A program made the position numbers and the translations under genes. A DNA stretch of 64,000 nucleotides from Chloroflexota bacterium (GTDB lineage: Bacteria > Chloroflexota > Dehalococcoidia > Tepidiformales > Tepidiformaceae), in NCBI GenBank assembly GCA_026705605.1, contig JAPPAK010000005.1, forward strand, positions 13,868 through 77,867, in the 5' to 3' direction. Shown here in pieces: positions 1 to 8,500 of this stretch; position 1 is the first letter of the stretch, and each line of letters opens with the position of its first letter. The notes beneath the pieces were generated by a model, which was not told the origin of the DNA, did not search any database, and was given only the letters and a program-made list of their open reading frames with translations.

Positions 1-2080
1 GGGTGCCTTCCTGAAGGGACTCCGCGGCTGCCTCGATCGTGATGGTGGGTAGTGGCGCGCCCCCAAAGACATTGTCGGAGAGCTCGTCGCCGATGGTTGT
101 GTTGCGGCGGATGATGTCGGCCAGTCGCGTATTCCGTATCTCGGTGAGGAGGCCAGGGTTGGCAAGGAAGAAGGGGTCGTTCTCGAACCAGTAGCGGTCC
201 CCGTCGCGCAGGCGCCGGAACTGGTCTACGAGGATGGCGTGGAAGGTCTCGCCAAGCATGGCCCCGGGCAACGGGTCTTCGGCAAGGCCTCCTGCCCAGA
301 GATCGATGTGGTGAAGGTCGCCGTAGGCAAGTTCGAGCGTCTCTTGCAGCCGCGGGTCCGAGGAGATGTCGGCGAAGGTGGTGGCGGGCGACAACCCATA
401 GGCGGCTCGAACGGTGTTGTAGTCCGGAATGCCGTGGTCGCGACCCCGCTGGATGTTCAGTGCGGCGAGATCACGTCCGGGACCACCGGGTTCTCCAAAC
501 AGCAGGTTGCGGACGTCGTCGACGAGGCGGACATCGATCGCCTGGGCCTGCTGGCGAGCAAGGCCGCGCAGCACACCGGAGATGCCCAGGTCGGGGACCA
601 GTGAAGGGTCGAAGAAGGCCGACCGCAAGGGAAGGCCTTCGTACTGCCCAGCGTCGTCGATGAGGAGGAGAGTTGGGGAGAGCATCGTGTGCCCGAAGCG
701 GTAGGCCGCCGTCGAGAACTCGTTGGCGATGGTGGGATCAACATCGGGGTCGTAGCCCTCGTAGCGGCCGATGGCGCCCGGTCCCAACAGCACGGGCAGG
801 AACTCGTAGTAGGTGATGACTTGCATCTGTGCGCCCACGAGTTTCCTGGCCAGTTCGAAGATCTCGTGGCCGTGCAGGTCTGGATTCTCGGCGGCGATCA
901 CCTCAGCCAGGCGGTTGTGCTCTCGCACGAAGAGGGTGTGCAGCGCAGTCAGGCCCAACTGCTCGTTGGCCCGGATGTCACCCGCCAGGAACAGCACCTG
1001 CCGGGAGTTGCCCCGGTCGTTCTCGAGGTTGTCCTCGTTGTAGGGAAGGAACTGCCCACCGTCTGAGGTCTTGAGCCTGCCCGTTCCGTCGTTCATACGG
1101 AGGGCCCGGACGCGCCGCTCATCGGACCCATAGACGTTCGAAGCGTCGATGAACGCGGTAATCGTGTTGACCTGCTCTCTTGGGTTGTCGGCGCCCATGC
1201 CCGTGGCCGGGTCGAAGGCGGAGCGCTCGAAGGTCATGGTGCGCAGGCCGCTGTTGAAAGGATCGAAGACGGGATCGCCGCGCGGGATGGCGAGGCGCAT
1301 GGTCTCCACCGGGCTGGCTGCGGGGGTGAGACTGATGTCGTGGTCGAGGAACTGCCCCCACTGCCACACCATGTCGGTCGCCCCGGTCGCGTTGGGCATC
1401 GGGCCAGACTGGACGGAGACCATGTTGCTGATCATTCGTGGGGCCGGCAGGTCCGGCGCCGGCTCCCCGGTCATGCCGTACGCGAACGAGACACCGGCCT
1501 TTCGCAGGAGCTCGCGATTGGCCATGCCCAGTTCTTGCTCATCGCGGTTGTTGCCCCAACCGTCCATGGAGCGGGGTTCGAAGGGCGGCGTGAACTCCCA
1601 CAGTCCGACGCGAACCTCGTCGCGGAAGCGCCAGTCCAGCTCGAGGCCGTACCAGAAGAACTGGCGGCCGTCGCCCAGACCATCGGCAAGATTGAGCCAG
1701 TAGTCGCCTAGCCGCAGGGTCAGGCACCCGACGTCCTCGAGGAGAGGCGGCGAGACATCGAGGAGAACGTCCCAGCGGTTTCCGCTCCCGCGCGTCTGGT
1801 TGGAGATGAGGTTGGTGATCGTGTAGAAGCGGCCCCGCCATGAGAAGGTCGTGGAACTGATGGCGCCGACGGTACGTTCAGAGAAGGTGGTGTAGCCCAC
1901 AAGCCCCCGGTTGTTGCCGACGGTAAGGTCGGCGGACCAGACCTCGCCCCCGCCCGGGAGGATGAACGCAATGGGCTCATCCTGCGCGTAACCGACTCCG
2001 GGAGCCAGCAGAAACGCCGCGAAGAAGGCGGCGCAGGGGAGGAGGAAGGAGGGGCCTAAGGGGCGGAGTGATGGAGTCAA
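1..2080 (-). CDS. Secreted haem peroxidase (animal / peroxidase-cyclooxygenase superfamily); 3' end runs off the window
   Basis: Absent from the ORF track because the window edge cuts it. My hand translation of the minus strand is open from nt 2080 to nt 1. The only in-frame start after the upstream TGA (~2136) is TTG at 2080. It gives a signal-peptide-like N-terminus (TPSLRPLGPSFLLPCAAFFAAFLLAPGVGYA|QDEP). The body carries haem-peroxidase hallmarks: MVWQWGQFLDHDI (distal His), AAYRFGHTML (proximal His), LNIQRGRDHGIPDYN and HIDLWAGGLAEDP. Confidence 0.85.
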   Translation of the reverse strand, partial: MTPSLRPLGPSFLLPCAAFFAAFLLAPGVGYAQDEPIAFILPGGGEVWSADLTVGNNRGLVGYTTFSERTVGAISSTTFSWRGRFYTITNLISNQTRGSGNRWDVLLDVSPPLLEDVGCLTLRLGDYWLNLADGLGDGRQFFWYGLELDWRFRDEVRVGLWEFTPPFEPRSMDGWGNNRDEQELGMANRELLRKAGVSFAYGMTGEPAPDLPAPRMISNMVSVQSGPMPNATGATDMVWQWGQFLDHDISLTPAASPVETMRLAIPRGDPVFDPFNSGLRTMTFERSAFDPATGMGADNPREQVNTITAFIDASNVYGSDERRVRALRMNDGTGRLKTSDGGQFLPYNEDNLENDRGNSRQVLFLAGDIRANEQLGLTALHTLFVREHNRLAEVIAAENPDLHGHEIFELARKLVGAQMQVITYYEFLPVLLGPGAIGRYEGYDPDVDPTIANEFSTAAYRFGHTMLSPTLLLIDDAGQYEGLPLRSAFFDPSLVPDLGISGVLRGLARQQAQAIDVRLVDDVRNLLFGEPGGPGRDLAALNIQRGRDHGIPDYNTVRAAYGLSPATTFADISSDPRLQETLELAYGDLHHIDLWAGGLAEDPLPGAMLGETFHAILVDQFRRLRDGDRYWFENDPFFLANPGLLTEIRNTRLADIIRRNTTIGDELSDNVFGGAPLPTITIEAAAESLQEGT

Positions 2081-2539
2081 GCACCTCGCTCCTGGGACCC
2101 GCTGGTCCGAGCGAAATGCACACCGCCGAGGACATCATGAGACATTCGGGTTCGTGGACAGTTCATCTAACGCAGTACCTCTTGTGCTCCGCTCCCGCAG
2201 GAGGAGCATCAGGAGCAGGGATCCGCCAAGAGTGGGAGCCCTTTGGAAGGCCGGCTCTCAGGAGACGCTTGGGCGGGATTGGCTTCCGCCCGCAGGGTTC
2301 GTTTCGCCGCCGTCGGCGAGCAGGGCCCAGGCGTGCTGTCCATCGAGGAATATCAACATGGAAAAAAATCATAGCCAGACTGAACCCAACGAGATGTGAG
2401 GGGCCATGAGATTGAACCGCCAGTGCATCAATTTTCTGTTAGTTTTCGGCTACCGCATGGCGAGACCCGGGCCTCCGGATGGAGGCGAGGACGGCGCGCG
2501 CTCGCCGTCGTAGCTCGGCCGCACTCTCTCTTCAGGCAC

Positions 2540-5500
2540 CTACTCCTCGACCGCTGTGGTCCACCCCAGCGTCCAGATGACCGGGTCCGCAGCCGCGATC
2601 CAGTACGTCGTGCCGGAGGAGAAGGCGGTCAGGGTGTTGAGGCTGGGCACGTCTTGCAGCCCCGGGAAGTACCCGAGCCACCGGCGCCTAGTCTCGTCCC
2701 AGGTGTAGACGGCGACCACTTCATCCGGAAGGCCGGCCTCGTTGACTGCCATGCCGTCGGCACCCGACCACTCGAACGAGGTCCAGGTGGGGCCCAGATT
2801 GAGCTCCGCAAACTCAGCCTCGAAGGCCACGGTGTAGACCTTCGTGCGGCTGCCATCCACTGACGTGACCTTGATGGTGATCTCGGCAAGGCCTTCCAGG
2901 GCGACCTGGTGGCCGTTGGCCCCGTCGCCATCGGCATCGTCGGGCTTGACCCCGACGGCCGTGCGGCGCTGCACCGCACCCGCCTCGACCGTCGTCTCCG
3001 TCACGCCCTCGGCGATGGCGCCCTCGTAGTCGGTCCGCTCCGGTTCGAACTCCCCGATGTCGATGCCGCTGAGCGTGAGCGAGGCGAGCCGCGCGTCGAT
3101 GGCGTCGGGCATGTTGTAGGTGTAGACCTTGCCGTCGCTCTCGTCGGCGACGTACATGAAGTCGCCGTCGGCCCAGATGCCGCGCGGGCTGTTGTTGCTC
3201 GCGTTGCTCAGCTCCGCGAACTCCTCGTCCCTTACCCGTTCGAGGTTGGCCCCTTCGCCTGACGTTTCCACCTCCCCGCGCGTGGGCAGGCGGTAGGCGA
3301 AAAGGCGGCGGGGGCTTGAGCCGGGGTCGGAGACCCAGAGCGTGACGCCATCGGACCAGATGCCCGTCGGGGAGCCGTTGGCGGGGTCGAGGGCGTACTC
3401 GGCGAGGAGCGCGCTGCTCTCGAGGTCGTAGGCGAAGAGGGCATTGCGGCGTTCGTCGAGGACCCACATGGTCACGCCGTCGGACCAGATGCCGCGCGCG
3501 TCGGCGTTGCCCTCGGCAAGGTCAATGTCACGGTCTTCGCGGCGCTCCCCGGTGGCGAGGTCGTAGGCGAAGAGCAGGTCGCGGCCGCTGTCAGAGACCC
3601 ACATCACCCCCTCGTTATCCGACCACACCCCGCGAGGCGCGCGGTTGCGCTCATCGAGCGCGAACTCGCGCTCCTCGATGCGTTCGCCAGTCCCAAGGTC
3701 GTAGGCGTAGACGGCGTCGTCGGCGCCGTCGCCGTTTTCGAGCAGCCAGAGGGTGGCGCCGTCGGACCAGGAACCGGTGGGGCGGTCGTGATCGCTGTCG
3801 AGCGCCTCGATGTCGTGCTTCACGGTCCACTCGAAGTCCACCTGGCTCGGGGTCGGGCCGTCCGAGCCGCCGCCCCCACCACCGCCACCCCCGCCCCCGC
3901 CGCCGGTGGGGATGGGGGTCGCGACCGTCACCGGGCCCTCGGTGACGGTGATCGTGATGTCGATGGCGGCGGAGGCGCCGTCCGGGTCTCGGACGGTCAC
4001 GGTGAGCATGTACTCGGCCTGCACATCCACGTCGAGGATGGCGTCGGTCGCCACCTGGACCTGGCCGGTGTGCTCCTCGATCTCGAAGGCGTCGGCGCCG
4101 GCGCCGCTGAGCGAGTAGGAGAGGGTCAGCGGCTCATGATCTACATCCGTGGCCGTGAAGGGCGCGCCGACGAGGTCTCCTTCCCGAGCGGTCTCGCCGA
4201 TCTCACGCTCGATCGGCTGTTCCTCGAACCGCGGCGGGTCGTTCACGGACTGCACGGTGACGTACACGGTCGCGCTGACGGGGGCGTTCACCCCGTCGGA
4301 GGCCGTGTAGGTGAAGCTGTGCACGCCGTGCTCGTTGGGATTAGGCGTGTACGTGAAGGTGTTGTCGGCCTGCAGGGTCGGGGTGCCCTGCGCGGGGTTG
4401 GCCCGCCCCAGCGCGACCGTCAGGGATACGCCTTCAGGGTCGCTGTCGTTGCGCAGCACGTCGATGGTGACGGGGGTGTCCTCGGGCGTGGTGGGACGGT
4501 CGTCGCTCGCCACGGGGGGCTCGTCGATGTCGTTGACCGTGATGGTGACGGTTGTGCTGTCGCTCTCGTCCGAGGGGTCGGTGGCCGTGACGACTACCGT
4601 GTACGTGTCCTCCGTCTCCCGGTCGAGGACGGTTCCCGGGCCGACGCGGATCTGGCCGCTCGACCCGTCGATGGTGAACTCGGCGGCGTCAGGCCCGGAA
4701 AGGGTGTACGTCAGCACATCGTTGTCGGCGTCGGTGGCCCGGACCCGCGCTCCGACCAGCGTCCGCTCGGCCGTGTTCTCGTCGACGGAGCGGTCCATCG
4801 AGGGGCTGTCGAACTCCGGGGCGTTGTTGACGGGGGGCGGGGCCTGTACGGAGCGGGGGGAGACCTTCAGCACGCGCTTACCCGAGTCGTGCCCATCGGT
4901 GTAGTCGACGGTCACGCGCAAGGAACTGCCGATGTCATCGTCGACCGGCGTGTAGAAGCGGCTGTTCGCGCCGCTGATCAGCGTCCACGTCGCCCCGGCC
5001 CCGCGCTCCCACGTCCACGACTCCCCGCTGATGCTGCCGTCGGCGTCGGCCAGGGTCGCCTCGAGCCGCGTGCCGACCTGGGGCTGCCCCGAGGAGAGTT
5101 CGAGCGTGCCGGCCTCGTCGACGTTCCGGACGTTCACCGTCACGACGTGACGCGCAGTATGAGCCGCGTCGGCGGCCTCGATCGTCAGGGAGTACGAAGC
5201 GCGGTCCTCGAAGTCGGGCGGCGCTGCGAAGGCGAGCGCGCCGCTGCTGAACGTGAACTCGGTGGCGTCGGTGCCGGCGAGCGTGATGATGACCGTGCCG
5301 CCCTCCGGGTCGGTGGCGCTGTACGTGCCGAGCGTTCGGGTAGCGTTCTCGTCGATCTCGACGCTGCCGGGTCCGGTGATGACCGGCGGTTCGTCCACGT
5401 TCGTCACGGTGACGATGACGTCGAAGCCGCCGTCATGAGTCCCATCGGTCGCGTTCAGGGTGACGTTGTAGACGCTATCCCTGTTGGAATCGGCAGGGTC

Positions 5501-8500
5501 GTCATGATCCGGCACGTCGACGAAGGTCAGTTCGCCCGTGGTCTCGTCGAATGCGAAGTCGAGGGCGTCGGGCCCGGAGAGCGGCTTCCAGCTCGAGGGC
5601 TGCCCTTCCGGGTCGGCCCTGGTGTATGTGCCGACAAAGTCCGTCGCGTTCTCCTCGATCGTGACGTGGGCCGGGCCACTGATCTCGGGCGCCTCATCGA
5701 CATCCGTCGGCCGGACGAGCACATCGAGTTTCCCAACAAGGAAGGAGTCGCTGGCGAGGATCTCGACCTCGTAGACGTCGTCGTCGTTTGCGTCACCGCT
5801 GTCCTCGTAGTTGGGTCGCTGCTTGAAGCGGAGTTCGCCCGAGTTCGCGTCGATCGTGAACAACCCGCCATCGTCCCCGCCGACGTCGAAGGTGATCGCC
5901 CGGGTCGGCTCCTCCGGGTCGCTGGCCTGGTAAGTGGCAACGGCGCCCAGGCCGTCCTCGGGGAAGTCGACGTCGGTGGGGCCCGAGACGAGGGGCGGTT
6001 CGTCTACGTCCTGGACGGTGATGCGTACAGCATGCTCAGTGTGGCGGGCAGCGTCGGCGACGCGGATGGTCACGTTGTATTCGTTGTCCTCGCCCACGTC
6101 CCCCGGCTCGTCGTAGTCCGGTGGGATCTTGAACTCGAGGACACCGTCCGCGACCTCAACGCCCTGCCCGTCGTCCATCATCTCGTCTTCGGGGCCCCCA
6201 AGGGTGAAGGCGTCCTTGTCGGGCCCCAGCAGCGTGTACGTGAGAGGGTCGTCCTCGATGTCCATACCCACATACTCCGCCACCATCCCTTCGAAGTTCT
6301 CGAGGACGCTGACCTCGCGCGGCCCGCTGATGGTCGGGGCGTCGTTCTCGTTCAGGACGTTGACGGTCACGGTGATGCGGTCGTCAATCTCGTCGTTGCT
6401 ACCGCCTTCCGCGTTCTTCCGGTCGGTGACGCTCACCTGGACCGTGTATGTGTCCTGTGTTTCGTAATCGAGGTCGAGGGAGGCGCGCACGCGCAGTTGC
6501 CCGGTCAGTTCGTCGATCACGAACGGGGCGATGGGGGGCACGCTGTAGTAGAGCTGGTCGCCATCGGGGTCAATCGCGAGCACGGGTGCTCCGACCGCCG
6601 CGGGACTCACTGCGTGCTCGCCGATCTCGCGCACGCCGGTCTCGCTGGCAGGGAACGCGGGCCCGAGGTTCGCAGGCTCCGGTTCGTCCGTGATGGTCGC
6701 TGCATCGCCGGCGCCCGCCCTGTTGACCGCTCGCACCTGGACGTCGTAGCGAGTGTGGTTGGCGAGGCCGGTGACGGAAGCGCGCAGGTCGCCGTCGCCG
6801 CTGCTCCACGCGGTCTGCCACCCGGTCCAGCTGTCCGCGTCGGCGACGCTGCTCCGGATGTCGTAACGCACGATGTCCGCGCCGCCGTCGGAGGCCGGCG
6901 GACTCCAGGTGATGGCAAGTCCGCTGGTGAAGGCCGTGGCGGCCATGTTGGTGGGCGCGCCCGGCGCCACCGCCACGCTGCCGACGTAGGTTTGCGACCA
7001 CGGGCCGGCGCCGGCGTCGTTGTTGGCCCGGACCTGGATGTCGTAGCGGACGCCGCTGGTCAGGCCCGTGAGATCGTGGGAGAGGGCGCCCGAGGTCTGG
7101 GCGTCCGTGACCTCCGTCCAGTGCTCGGCGGCCTTGTCCGCGGCGTTGCTGCGGATATAGCGCAGGTCGTAGGAGGTAATCGCGGAAGCGCCGGTTTCGC
7201 TCGGGGCACTCCACGTGAGCAGCAGCGAGTCGGCGTCGGACGTCCCGGAGGGGGTCGCAGGCGCGCCGGGCCTCAGGCTGAGGCCATAGAACTTGATGCG
7301 GAACTCCCTGAACGTCCCTCCGTTGCCGGCAAATTCATCGGTGATGTGCAGCTTCCAGGCGCCAACCGGGCTTTCGCCCAGGTGCTTCGCCGAGCCGAAG
7401 CGGATCGCCCCGTCAAAGGCGTAGGGGCGGTCCAGGTAGTCTCGCACTTCGCCGGAGTGCGTCAGCAGGGACGTGGCGCCCGTGGGGGACTCGAGCTCGA
7501 TTTTCAGGTCACGGAAGCTGTCGTGGTCGATCTCGGCGGTGATCTCCACGAACTCGATAAAGTCGATGCTGCTCTGAGAGATTGTGACGGTGCGCGTGTA
7601 GGGCGTGTTGATGACGGTGGAGAACCGTGTCGGGCCCGTCCAGCGCACCTCGTGCGTGCGCTGATCCTGCACGTTGGTCCAGTCCTCGGCGAGGTCGACC
7701 GCCGCGCCGGCGTCGACCACGCCGAAGCCGTACTTGTGGTTGAACGAGTAGACCTCCGTGTCGGAGCCATACTGCAGCGCGCCATCCTCCCAACCGCCGT
7801 CGGACGCATCGTTCTTGCGCGCGGACGCGGCCAGGATCAGCTTCACGTCGCGCCAGGTGAGCGAGGAGTTGGCGGACTTGATCAGCGCCACGACGCCGGA
7901 CACGATCGGGGCAGCCGCGGAGGTGCCACCGAAGTCGCCCCAGTACAGACCGGGCGTGAAGTCCGAGCCGTCGCCAAAGGGGTAAAGCAGCGCGGCGGAC
8001 TTCGTGGTCGTGATGAACGCACCATCCCCGTGGGACGGGGCGCAGACCCAGAGGTTGGCGCCAGGCTCGGAGTAGCGGCTCTTCTTGCCGCTATGGTCGA
8101 CCGCGCAGACGGCCGTGACGCCGTAGAAGTTTGCGTACCCGTCCAGGTTGGCGTTGTCCAGGGCGTAGTCGTCCGGATCTCCGCCGTTGCCGGCGGCCCA
8201 GACGTAGGAGATGCCCCGGCCGCCGTCCCCTTCTCTCAGCCCTGTTTCGATCGCCGCGATCCAGGTAGCTTCGGCGGGGTGGGGCGCGCCATCATCCGAG
8301 AATCCCCAGCTGTTGGACGACACCTGCGTGCCCCGCCTGTGGCGGGTCATCGCATCCACCAGGTCGCGGGTCTCCGCCTCGCCTGCGTCCAGCCAGTCGA
8401 CGAAGTTATAGCTGTAGATCGTCGCTCCGGGCGCCACGCCCCGGACACCGAGCTTGTTGTGCTCGGCGGCGATCAGCCCTGCAACGGACGTTCCATGATT

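Noticed and set aside
2081-2539. Possible terminator/promoter in the 460-bp less GC-rich gap (hairpin GCCTCC-ggat-GGAGGC at 2473-2488) and the small ORFs 2068..2409 and 2154..2399
   Set aside because: The hairpin is short and lacks a U-tract, so I cannot support a terminator call. The small ORFs have no coding signature. The gap is probably the peroxidase promoter region, but no specific -35/-10 could be defended.
3864-3911. GC-only low-complexity tracts (also ~52225-52270) considered as CRISPR or tandem-repeat loci
   Set aside because: They are in frame inside the giant genes and encode poly-Gly linkers. There is no repeat-spacer periodicity and no cas genes are present.
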